Source: a bacterium (GTDB taxonomy: Bacteria > Joyebacterota > Joyebacteria > Joyebacterales > Joyebacteraceae). From it: a stretch of DNA of 64,000 bases. Below, piece by piece: positions 39,275 to 47,531 of this stretch (positions are counted from its first letter, which is position 1; every line of letters begins with the position of its first letter). The notes under the pieces were generated by a model that made no database searches, was not told the DNA's origin, and saw only the letters and a program-made list of their open reading frames with translations. A program made the translations under genes and the position numbers. The DNA is taken from assembly GCA_025774245.1 (NCBI GenBank), contig JALGWI010000032.1, positions 226-64,225 on the forward strand, given 5' to 3'.

Positions 39275-41299
39275 TCACTTCTTCTCTCCCGGGGGTTCGT
39301 CGTCGGTGTAGGCGGGGAACATCGCCGAGCTGCCCCTCCCCTCGATGACCTCGACGTCGCCCTCGACGGTCCGGACCGTGACCTCGCTCACGGAGGGGTT
39401 CGCGATGAGGAACCTCGCGAGCGGCTTGAGCACGAGACCCTCGACGGTCCTCCCGAGGTTCCGCGCCCCGTACTCGCGGCTGTGCCCCTTTTCCACGAGG
39501 ACGGTGACCGCGCCCTCGGTGACGTTGAGGGCGATCTCGCGGAGGGCGAGCCGCGCCCTGACATCGTCGAGGTGGATCTGCACGATCTGCCGGAGCGCCT
39601 CGTCGCCGAGCGGGTCGAAGAGCAGGACCTCGTCGATCCCGTCCATGAACTCGGCCGGGAAGAACTCCTCGATCGCCTCCCGTGCCTCCTGCACGTGTCG
39701 CTCGCGCCTCCCGTGATCGACCTGCCCGAAGCCGACGGCGCCGTTCTCGCCCGCGGCCGGCACGATGTTCTCCGAGTTCGACGTCATGACGACGGTCGCG
39801 TTCGAGAAGAAGACCTTCGAGCCGTGCCCGTCGACGATGTAGCCCTCGCGGAAGATCTGCATCATCATCACGGCGACGTCGCGGTGCGCGCGCTCGATGT
39901 GCTCGAAGACGACGACGGAGTGCGGATGCCGGAGGACGGTGCTCGAGAGATCGCCCGGAAAATCGGCGTCGCCGAGCTTGAGGCCGATCAGGCGCGCGAG
40001 GCCGTCCTCGTCGCTGTAGCGCGCCATGTTGAACTCGAAGAGGAGCTCGTCGCTCCCGTAGACCTCGTGGGCCAACCCGTGCACGAGCTCGGTCTTCCCG
40101 ACGCCCGGCGGCCCGACGAAGAGGAAGACGCCGTTGGGGCGCGTCGGGCGGGCGTCGAGACCGAGCATGGTCACGCGGATCGTGTCCGCGAGCTTCCTGA
40201 TGCAGTGGTCCTGCCCCTTGACGCGTTTCGCGAGGTTCTCCTCGAGCGAGAGGAGCTCGCGCCCTCCCGCCGAGGTGAGCTTCGACGTCGGAATCCCGAT
40301 CCAGTCCGAGAGCGCTTCGGCGACGTGTTCCGCGCCGAGCGGCGGGGCGTCGGGACTGCCGTTCGCGGCGGTCGCGAGCTTCGACGCCGCGCGGTCCAGG
40401 AGCTCGAGCGCCTTCCCCGGGAGGACCCTCTCCCGGATGTGCGACCCGGAGAGATCGACCGACGCCTCGATGGCCTCCTCGCCGATCGAGATGCCGTGGA
40501 ACTCGGCCAGATCCCCGGCCCGCTCGTGGAGGATGCCGAGGGTGGCGTTGCGGGACGGCTCGGGCACCTCGACGCGCACCAGGAGCCGGCCGCACCACGG
40601 GAGCGTGCGGATCGCCTCACGGTAGAGCTGCGGCGTACCGCTCCCCAGGAGATAGAGCCCCGGTTGGCGGCAACCCAGCTCGATGGCGTGGGCGGCGTTG
40701 AAGAAGGCCCGCTGCTCGCCGACGATCCCCATGAAGCTCGTGATCTGGCTCAGGAAGAGGATGACGTCTTCGCGCGCGGCGGCCTCACGGATGGCGGCGA
40801 AGACGATCTTCTCGAAGTCGCCCGGCTGGCGGACGCTCGAGAGGACACGGTAGAAGGGAAGCTCGATCACCCGGCGGCCGAGGAGCCGGGGTGGCACGCG
40901 GCCCTCGGCGATGTGCCTGGCGAGGACCACGGCGAGCGCCTGCTTGCCCACGCCGTCCGGTCCGATCAGGACGGCGGCGTGGCCCTGGCGCCGCTGGAGG
41001 ATCTCCTTGACGCGGGTGAGCTCGGTCTCCCAGAGGTCGCCGTCGGCGACCGGCACGCGGTCGGCGGCCACGGCGGAGAGATCGACGCCGAGCCCGGTGA
41101 GAACGCTCACCGCGTCCTCCTCGGACTCGCCCCCGGTGATGAGCGGGCCTCCCTCGCCGGCGGGGTCCTCCGTCGACCCCGGGCCGGGCTCGAGCCCCTC
41201 CTCAACGCCGCCGGGCACGGGAACCGGATCGGTCTCGCGGCCTTCGTCCGCGGCCCCGGGGACCGCCTCCGGATCCATGGCGTCCGCTTCGCGCGTCAT
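39275..41299 (-). CDS. Clp/Hsp100-like double-AAA+ protein with degenerate ATPase motifs (ClpA/ClpC-like, no M-domain), acidic N-terminal tail
   Basis: 674 aa. NBD1 has Walker A GPDGVGKQA and Walker-B position ILFLSQITSF (no DE). NBD2 has Walker A GPPGVGKTE, Walker-B VVVFEHIERAH (catalytic Glu replaced by His), sensor-1 TSN, GARNLGR arginine finger/sensor-2 and a VGFG tripeptide resembling the ClpP-docking loop. Confidence 0.7.
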   Translation of the reverse strand: MTREADAMDPEAVPGAADEGRETDPVPVPGGVEEGLEPGPGSTEDPAGEGGPLITGGESEEDAVSVLTGLGVDLSAVAADRVPVADGDLWETELTRVKEILQRRQGHAAVLIGPDGVGKQALAVVLARHIAEGRVPPRLLGRRVIELPFYRVLSSVRQPGDFEKIVFAAIREAAAREDVILFLSQITSFMGIVGEQRAFFNAAHAIELGCRQPGLYLLGSGTPQLYREAIRTLPWCGRLLVRVEVPEPSRNATLGILHERAGDLAEFHGISIGEEAIEASVDLSGSHIRERVLPGKALELLDRAASKLATAANGSPDAPPLGAEHVAEALSDWIGIPTSKLTSAGGRELLSLEENLAKRVKGQDHCIRKLADTIRVTMLGLDARPTRPNGVFLFVGPPGVGKTELVHGLAHEVYGSDELLFEFNMARYSDEDGLARLIGLKLGDADFPGDLSSTVLRHPHSVVVFEHIERAHRDVAVMMMQIFREGYIVDGHGSKVFFSNATVVMTSNSENIVPAAGENGAVGFGQVDHGRRERHVQEAREAIEEFFPAEFMDGIDEVLLFDPLGDEALRQIVQIHLDDVRARLALREIALNVTEGAVTVLVEKGHSREYGARNLGRTVEGLVLKPLARFLIANPSVSEVTVRTVEGDVEVIEGRGSSAMFPAYTDDEPPGEKK

Positions 41300-41374
41300 G
41301 CGGTTCCCCCCTGCCCGTCCCCGCGGAGCGGCCGCGGCGTCACCGCGGAGCGCCCGCGATTCCCGGGCTCGTCC

Positions 41375-41974
41375 CTACACGCCCTCGCCCGTCGCTCCCT
41401 CGTCGTGCGCTTCCTCGTCCGTCCGCCGCTCGCTCGGACGTCGCCGCTTGGCCGCGCGGTCCCACTCGGTCCTGAGCTCCTCGTACTGCTCCTCGATCAC
41501 CTGGCGCGTGTCGTCGGGAAGCAGACCAACGATCGCGTCGGTCCCCCCGAGCACCTTCGGGGCGAGACGCGACTCGATCAGGAAGCCCTCCTCCTGCAGA
41601 CCCGCCATGACGGCAAGCAGGAGCAGCACCCCGGAGACGATCACGGCGATCGCAAGCCCGAGGAGACCGCCCAGGAGCCCGTCGAACCAGCCGAGAGAGG
41701 ACAGCTTCAAGGCCTTGGCGATGAGGCGGGCGATGAACCCCACGAGGATGACGATCGCGAGGAAGATGACGACGAACGCGACGATTCTGGACGCCGCCTC
41801 GCCCGGCACGAACGTGAAGACGGTCTCGGCGACCTGCTCGTGGAAGCTGGCGGCGAGGACGACGCCGAGGCCGAGGCCGGCGAGTCCGAGGAGACCGCGC
41901 ACGAAGCCCCGGGAGAGCCCGATCAGAAACCCGGCCAGGAGCACGATGGCGATGACGAGATCGGCAGCGTTCAT
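41375..41974 (-). CDS. cvpA: CvpA-family membrane protein (colicin V production protein homolog)
   Basis: 199 aa; 4 TM helices with Gly-rich CvpA pattern (GLLGLAGLGLGVVLA...GLLGGLLGLAIAV); charged C-terminal tail. Confidence 0.7.
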   Translation of the reverse strand: MNAADLVIAIVLLAGFLIGLSRGFVRGLLGLAGLGLGVVLAASFHEQVAETVFTFVPGEAASRIVAFVVIFLAIVILVGFIARLIAKALKLSSLGWFDGLLGGLLGLAIAVIVSGVLLLLAVMAGLQEEGFLIESRLAPKVLGGTDAIVGLLPDDTRQVIEEQYEELRTEWDRAAKRRRPSERRTDEEAHDEGATGEGV

Positions 41975-42055
41975 GATCCCTCCCGCGAGCTATGCAGGCC
42001 ATCGACGAAATCGCGTCACGAGACGCTATCACCGGCCGCAGCCGGTGTCAAGCGG

Positions 42056-42087
42056 GGTGTCGCGACGGGGTCGGTGTCGCGACGGGG
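42056..42087 (-). promoter_or_regulatory. Tandem direct repeat carrying two 8-bp palindromes (GTCGCGAC) upstream of the cvpA/clp-like/ALDH operon
   Basis: gGTGTCGCGACGGGGtcgGTGTCGCGACGGGGcc with 17-bp period, preceded by hairpin CACCGGC-cgcag-GCCGGTG (likely terminator of the upstream gene). Confidence 0.35.
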
Positions 42088-42110
42088 CCCGTATTGCGGC
42101 GCGGTCCAGG

Positions 42111-44123
42111 CTAGTTGAGAACCAGGAGCTTGGCGGTGTGGGTCTCGTCGCCCACGCGAAGGGCGCAGAAGTAGCAGCCCGACGCCACCCTCGCTCCCCC
42201 GTCGGCCGCGCCGTTCCACTCGACCTGGTGACGGCCGGACGGGAGGATCCCGTCGACGAGGCGGCGCACGACGCGTCCCGCCACGTCGTAGACGGTGATC
42301 GACACGGGCGAGCCGCTGGCCCATCGCTCGTCGTCGGCGATGCCGAACGAGATCGTCGTCGTGTCGCGCACGGGGTGCGGCGCGAAGCTCGTGATACCGG
42401 TCACCGCCGACTCGGCGGAGCCGCCTTGCGAGATCCACGTGAGGTCCTGCCGCCCGTCAAGCCCATCGACCTTGGACTCCAGAGTACGGTCGCTCCCCGG
42501 GACCACCGACACTTCTATCGGACGTGACGGCAGGCCCTCACACTGGTTGGCGTCGATCGGTGCGATCTGGTAGTGGTGCGTTCCTCTTCCGATCGTCCTC
42601 ACGTCGTGGAAGACCGGATCGTCGACCACGTCGAGGAGGGTTCTGGGCGAGACGGACCCGGCGCGCTCCAGCCAGTAATAGACGGAGTACCGGGACGCGT
42701 CCGGGATCGTCGTCCACTCGAGCAAGACTCCCGATTCGTCGATCGTGGCCTCGCCGATACTGTCGGTCACCTCGAGGATCCGGCCGTTCCCGATGAGCAC
42801 CGTCCCCGAGAAGGGCACGAGCTCGACCGTCGTCGTGGCGCCGGCGAGCGGGTAGAACTCCCCGTTCCAGGACGAGAGATCGTAGTACTTGAGCCCGAGC
42901 TCGATCGTCTGGGTGTACGACGACGGGTTGACGACCGCTACACCGTTGCTGAACCGGCGGAGCCGCACCATGTCGCCGAGCTCGACCCAGGGCACGTCCC
43001 CGGGCTCGGCGACGACCGACTCGGCGCGATCGAGCGGCTGGCCGAGCTCGACGTCGTAGAGGTCGTGCCACCAGGCCTGGGAGTGCGCCGGGAGCCCGTC
43101 ACCGCCGTCGAACGAGAAGTAGCCGTTCCCGTACACGAGGACGCTCGTCAGCCAGAACGCGAACTTCCGCTCGAACTCGTCGTCCCTCAGGGGGCCGTTC
43201 GGTCCCACCGGTCCCCGCCAGATCGAGTTCACGATGTTGATCGTCTCGCTGCGGTAGCGCTGCTGAATGGCGACGTACCCGTACCCGGGGTTCATGATGT
43301 TCTGGTACCACCCGCCGTGCATGCGCGGGAAGTCCTCGCGGGTCGAACCGTTGACGAGGCCCCAGAAGGTGTTGTTCCCGTTCGACGCGATGATGTAGTC
43401 CTCCCCGACCTTCTCGCGGAGCCTGGAGACGATCACGTGCTGCCCGCCGCGCCAGGCGGCGTCGAGCGCCTCGTCGCTGTCGGCAAGGCCGTCGAGGTTC
43501 GAGTCGATCGGGTCGGCGACGTAAGCGTTCGCCCAGGAGATGTGGTCCATGCAGAAATCGAGATAGACGCCGTCCCAGCATCCTCCCGGGCCCAGGTTGT
43601 CGGCGATGAACGTCGGCAGCCAGTCGCAGAGACGCTGCCCCTGCGCGTTGTCCGGGCAGAAGAGCGTGCAGTTCACGAGCCACGACCCGAACGGCATGAG
43701 GACGCGCTGGCCCTCCGTGTCGCGCATCCACCAGCCGTTGTCGTTGAGCGCTTCCACGAGATCGCCGTTGATCTCGGGCGACGTCCAGTCGCCGCAGTAC
43801 CCGATCGGCATGTGGACGAGGAACCTGATGTCGGGATTGAGGGCGCGGATCGTCGCCATCTCCTCCTGGTACCACGCCTGCGACCGCTTCGGAAGAACGA
43901 GCACGTCCCAGCGGGAGAAGAGCTCGAGGTCGGCCCCGATGAGCGTGCCGAAGTAGATGTTGGCGAGTCGCGGGTACGACTCGTCGTCTCCGGAGGCTCT
44001 GCCGGGTGAGGCGAGGATCAAGATCCCCGAGAGCGCGATGAGAAGAAAGGGAAGAAACCAGTGTGTGCAGCCTGCGCCGCGCGCGGCCGTTCGTCCGCAA
44101 TGATGCATGTATGCGACTCCCAT
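42111..44123 (-). CDS. Secreted putative glycoside-hydrolase-like (GHL-type TIM-barrel) protein with C-terminal T9SS/FlgD-Ig-like sorting domain
   Basis: Internal ATG (ORF residue 78; alternative ATG 15 nt downstream); signal peptide ...WFLPFLLIALSGILILASPGRASG; W/Y/D-rich catalytic-like core; C-terminal ...GCYFCALRVGDETHTAKLLVLN resembles the tail of the M28 peptidase. Confidence 0.55.
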   Translation of the reverse strand: MGVAYMHHCGRTAARGAGCTHWFLPFLLIALSGILILASPGRASGDDESYPRLANIYFGTLIGADLELFSRWDVLVLPKRSQAWYQEEMATIRALNPDIRFLVHMPIGYCGDWTSPEINGDLVEALNDNGWWMRDTEGQRVLMPFGSWLVNCTLFCPDNAQGQRLCDWLPTFIADNLGPGGCWDGVYLDFCMDHISWANAYVADPIDSNLDGLADSDEALDAAWRGGQHVIVSRLREKVGEDYIIASNGNNTFWGLVNGSTREDFPRMHGGWYQNIMNPGYGYVAIQQRYRSETINIVNSIWRGPVGPNGPLRDDEFERKFAFWLTSVLVYGNGYFSFDGGDGLPAHSQAWWHDLYDVELGQPLDRAESVVAEPGDVPWVELGDMVRLRRFSNGVAVVNPSSYTQTIELGLKYYDLSSWNGEFYPLAGATTTVELVPFSGTVLIGNGRILEVTDSIGEATIDESGVLLEWTTIPDASRYSVYYWLERAGSVSPRTLLDVVDDPVFHDVRTIGRGTHHYQIAPIDANQCEGLPSRPIEVSVVPGSDRTLESKVDGLDGRQDLTWISQGGSAESAVTGITSFAPHPVRDTTTISFGIADDERWASGSPVSITVYDVAGRVVRRLVDGILPSGRHQVEWNGAADGGARVASGCYFCALRVGDETHTAKLLVLN

Positions 44124-44400
44124 CCCCACGGTCCGGGTGTAACAATGCGGCTTCGGCCACGCCGCAATGCGTGCCAGACTGCAAAGACTGTGCCACGTGA
44201 CAGGGAGTGCCGCGCCCGGCGCGGGGCCCGTGGGCCCGTCAGGAGGAATCGGGAGAGGCTCCGAGGATCGAGGGATTCGGACCGCCGGGCGGGGCTCGCG
44301 GATGACGCGCCCGGTGTCAGCGCTCGGGAACGGGGGCGGCGTGAAGAACGCCACGTTGTCGGCCCCGATGACGAGGGGCCGGTCAGACGGTCGTGTCTTC

Positions 44401-44490
44401 TGGTGCCGGGGGCCGGACTCGAACCGGCATGAGGCACGTGGCCCCGACGGATTTTAAGTCCGATGCGTCTACCAGTTGCGCCACCCCGGC
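44401..44490 (-). tRNA. tRNA-Leu (anticodon TAA), type II with long variable arm
   Basis: GCCGGGGTGGCGCAACTGGTAGACGCATCGGACTTAAAATCCGTCGGGGCCACGTGCCTCATGCCGGTTCGAGTCCGGCCCCGGCACCA. Confidence 0.85.
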
Positions 44491-44569
44491 GGCAACGCGG
44501 CCGGCCGGCGGCCCAGGCCTGCGTTCGGGACGTTCTCCACGCAGGGGTCGGCTGCCGGCCGGATCGGTC

Positions 44570-44644
44570 TGGAGGCGGCGCCCGGATTCGAACCGGGGAT
44601 CAAGGATTTGCAGTCCTCTGCCTTAGCCACTTGGCTACGCCGCC
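44570..44644 (-). tRNA. tRNA-Cys (anticodon GCA)
   Basis: GGCGGCGTAGCCAAGTGGCTAAGGCAGAGGACTGCAAATCCTTGATCCCCGGTTCGAATCCGGGCGCCGCCTCCA; U73 discriminator. Confidence 0.9.
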
Positions 44645-44699
44645 TCGCGATATAAGGAAGGCAGGGGCAGTCTACAAGATCGCCCCTGCCCAGCAAGGC

Positions 44700-44774
44700 T
44701 GGAGCGGGAAACGGGGCTCGAACCCGCGACATCCACCTTGGCAAGGTGGCGCTCTACCACTGAGCTATTCCCGC
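44700..44774 (-). tRNA. tRNA-Gly (anticodon GCC)
   Basis: GCGGGAATAGCTCAGTGGTAGAGCGCCACCTTGCCAAGGTGGATGTCGCGGGTTCGAGCCCCGTTTCCCGCTCCA. Confidence 0.9.
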
Positions 44775-44794
44775 TCGGGATGCTGCACGGAAAG

Positions 44795-44823
44795 AGTATA
44801 TGCAGTCCTCTTGTCTCTGTCAA
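44795..44823 (-). promoter_or_regulatory. Sigma70-type promoter of the tRNA-Gly/Cys/Leu operon
   Basis: Minus strand TTGACA-N17-TATACT, 20 nt upstream of tRNA-Gly; the -35 hexamer overlaps the glgA stop codon. Confidence 0.6.
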
Positions 44824-46331
44824 GATGTAAGCCTCCGCGAGCGCCGGCTCGGGGCCGCTTCGCGCGCCCGCTCGTACAGACCGGCGTACTTCGCCGCCGA
44901 GGCCCTCCAGCTGTAGTCGAGTGCCATCCCCCGTGCCATGAGCCCGGCCCAGGCCCGGGCCTCGCCGTGCGCCTTGACCGCGCGGGCGACGGCCGAGAGC
45001 ATCGCCACGGCCGTGTAGTCCTGGAAGACGAAGCCGGTCCCCGTGTCCGACGCGGGCTCGTAGTCCTCCACGGTGTCGGCGAGCCCTCCCGTCGAGCGGA
45101 CGATGGGCACGGTGCCGTACCTGAGGCTGTACATCTGGTTCAGGCCGCACGGCTCATACCGGGACGGCATGAGGAACATGTCCGAGCCCGCCTCGATCCA
45201 GTGCGCGAGCTGGTTGTCGAACGTCAGGTGGGCCGCGACGCGCTTCGGGTGCCGCTCCGACATGCCCTGCAGGAACTCGTGGTACTCCTGCTGTCCGGTT
45301 CCGAGGATCACGAAGTTCGCACCGAGCTCGAGGACCGAGCCGGCGGCCTCCCGCAGGAGGTCGAACCCCTTCTGGTCGGCGAGCCTCGAAACGATGCCGA
45401 TCAGAGGCGTCGACGGGTCCCCGTCGAGCCCCGACCGCTCCAGGAGCGCCTGTTTGCACGTCGTCTTCCCCATGAGGTCGCCGGGCGCGTAGTTCTCGGG
45501 GATGAGCTCGTCGACGCGCGGATCCCACACCGAGTAGTCGACGCCGTTCAGGATGCCCACGAGCCTGCCGTCGGCCCGCCGCTCCGCGAGCACCTCCTCG
45601 AGACCGAGGCCGTACTCGGGCGTGCTCGAGATCTCGACGGCGTAGCGCTCGCTCACGGTGTTGACGAAGTCGGCGAGCTCGATTCCGACCTTGAGCGAGC
45701 TCACGCTCCCGTGGAACTCGAACGGACTCCCCGGGATGCCGAGTTCCTCCGAGAGCCCGATCTCGGGAAGGAGTTTCCTGTCGAAGAGCCCCTGGTAGCC
45801 GAGGTTGTGGATGCTGAAGATGATCCCCGGCTTGCCGATGCGGGCGTCCTCGTCGTGGAGCTCCTGGAGGTAGGCCGCCACCATGGCGGTGTGGTGGTCG
45901 TTCAGATGGACGGCGTCGGGCCGGGGCGCGACCTCTCGCATCGCGAGAATGAGCGCCCGCGAGAAGAGCGCGTACCTGAGCGGCTCGTCGGGATAACCCT
46001 CCCCCGTCGCCGGATCGACGTAGATCCCCTCTCGTCCGAAGTACCCCTCGTGTCCGATGAAGTAGACGGCCACGCTCTCGGCTCCGGGCATTCGCCCCTC
46101 GTAGAGCGTGACCTCCTCGTCGTGGTCGCCCATCGGCACGGAGAGCGGGCCAAGTCCCTCGACCTCGCGGATGCCGTAGGCCTCGCCGTCGATCGATGCG
46201 TACCTCGGGAGAAAGACGGCCACTTCGTGTCCCATTCCGGCCAGTTCTTTTGCGAGCGCCCCCACGACGTCGGAGAGACCTCCGACGCGGGCGAACGGTG
46301 CAACCTCCGCAGATGCCATCACTATTCTCAC
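44820..46331 (-). CDS. glgA: Glycogen synthase (GT5, ADP-glucose type)
   Basis: GTG start (MRIVMASAEVAPFARVGGL) with AGGAGGAG upstream; KTGGL-type motif, ...SRLADQKG..., ...MPSRYEPCGL... signature. The ORF's 107-aa 5' extension is non-coding. Confidence 0.9.
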   Translation of the reverse strand: MRIVMASAEVAPFARVGGLSDVVGALAKELAGMGHEVAVFLPRYASIDGEAYGIREVEGLGPLSVPMGDHDEEVTLYEGRMPGAESVAVYFIGHEGYFGREGIYVDPATGEGYPDEPLRYALFSRALILAMREVAPRPDAVHLNDHHTAMVAAYLQELHDEDARIGKPGIIFSIHNLGYQGLFDRKLLPEIGLSEELGIPGSPFEFHGSVSSLKVGIELADFVNTVSERYAVEISSTPEYGLGLEEVLAERRADGRLVGILNGVDYSVWDPRVDELIPENYAPGDLMGKTTCKQALLERSGLDGDPSTPLIGIVSRLADQKGFDLLREAAGSVLELGANFVILGTGQQEYHEFLQGMSERHPKRVAAHLTFDNQLAHWIEAGSDMFLMPSRYEPCGLNQMYSLRYGTVPIVRSTGGLADTVEDYEPASDTGTGFVFQDYTAVAMLSAVARAVKAHGEARAWAGLMARGMALDYSWRASAAKYAGLYERAREAAPSRRSRRLTS

Positions 46332-47347
46332 GAGACCGTCTCCTCCTGCCTGATCTCCACCTCTCTCAGGTAGTTCGCGGCTTCCTCGGGCGGCGTCGGG
46401 TTGATGTAGAAACCCGAACCCCACTCGAAGCCCGCCACCTTCGTCAGCTTGGGCATGATCTCCATGTGCCAGTGGTAGTACTTCAGGTCGCGCTCTCCGG
46501 CGGGGCTCGTGTGGACGATGAAGTTGTAGGGCGGGTCCCCGAGCGCGACGTTGATTCTCGTCAACGACTCCTTCAGGATGAGCGCCAGGTCGTGCCTGGC
46601 CTCCTCGTCCATGACCTCGAACGAGGGGTGGTGGCGGATCGGGAGGATCCACGTCTCGAACGGGAACCGCGCCGCGAACGGCTCGATCGTCACGAACCGG
46701 TCGTTCTCGCAGACCACCCTCGTCCTGGTCCGCTGTTCCTGAGCGACGATGTCACAGAAGACGCAACGCTCCTTGTAGCCGTAGTACTTCTTGCTGCCGC
46801 CGAGCTCCTCGATGAGCCGTTTCGGCAGGATCGGAAGGGCGATGAGCTGCGAGTGAGGGTGCTCGAGCGAGGCGCCGGCGGCGTTCCCGCGGTTTCTGAA
46901 GAGCTGGATGTACCGGAACCGCGTGTCTCCCTGCAGGTCGATCATGCGCTGCTGGGCGGCCTCGAGCACGAGCTCGATGTGCGGAAGCGGAAGGTCGGCG
47001 AAGTCGGCGTCGTGGTCCGGCGTCTCGATGATCACCTCGTGGGCGCCGACGCCGTTCATCTTGTCGTACATCCCCTCGCCGGCGCGGTCGACGTCGCCCT
47101 CGATCGCGAGCGCGGGGAACTTGTTCGGAACGACCCTCACCTGCCAGCCGGGGCTGTCCGGCGGGCTCCCGTCCTCCCGGTAAGCCAGAACCTCGGGCGG
47201 GGTCTTGTCCTCGTTCCCGTAGTCGAACGGGCAGAAGCCGCCCTTCTTCGTCTCCGCTTCGTGCGCGAAGTCGGTCGGGCGTTTTCCCCGTTCGGTGGAG
47301 ATGATGACCCAACGTCCTAGGATGGGGTCCTTCCTGAGCTGCGGCAT
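46328..47347 (-). CDS. GalT-family hexose-1-phosphate nucleotidyltransferase (HIT-like; galactose-1-P uridylyltransferase / ADP-glucose phosphorylase-like)
   Basis: 339 aa from ATG (GAGGAG upstream); active-site HPHSQ (H-x-H-x-Q), Cys/His zinc ligands (CPFD...CVFCD); stop overlaps the glgA GTG (GTGA). Confidence 0.75.
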   Translation of the reverse strand: MPQLRKDPILGRWVIISTERGKRPTDFAHEAETKKGGFCPFDYGNEDKTPPEVLAYREDGSPPDSPGWQVRVVPNKFPALAIEGDVDRAGEGMYDKMNGVGAHEVIIETPDHDADFADLPLPHIELVLEAAQQRMIDLQGDTRFRYIQLFRNRGNAAGASLEHPHSQLIALPILPKRLIEELGGSKKYYGYKERCVFCDIVAQEQRTRTRVVCENDRFVTIEPFAARFPFETWILPIRHHPSFEVMDEEARHDLALILKESLTRINVALGDPPYNFIVHTSPAGERDLKYYHWHMEIMPKLTKVAGFEWGSGFYINPTPPEEAANYLREVEIRQEETVS

Positions 47348-47531
47348 GCCTTCTCCTCGGTTTCCTCCCCCGGGACCCTTCACGAGGCCGGCGGGGTCAC
47401 AAAACGTCAACGACTAGCAGAATCGCGCGGCCGAGTCAAGCCGCCTCCTCGGGGTCCCGAAAGGGGTCCCCGGGGCCCCCGTCGCCTGGTGAGCCGGGTC
47501 CACCAGCGCGGGGTCCGGCCAACGCGCCGGC

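Noticed and set aside
41340-42032. 230-aa ORF overlapping cvpA on the same strand in another frame
   Set aside because: Arg/Gly/Pro-rich composition versus a clean 4-TM CvpA pattern in the chosen frame.
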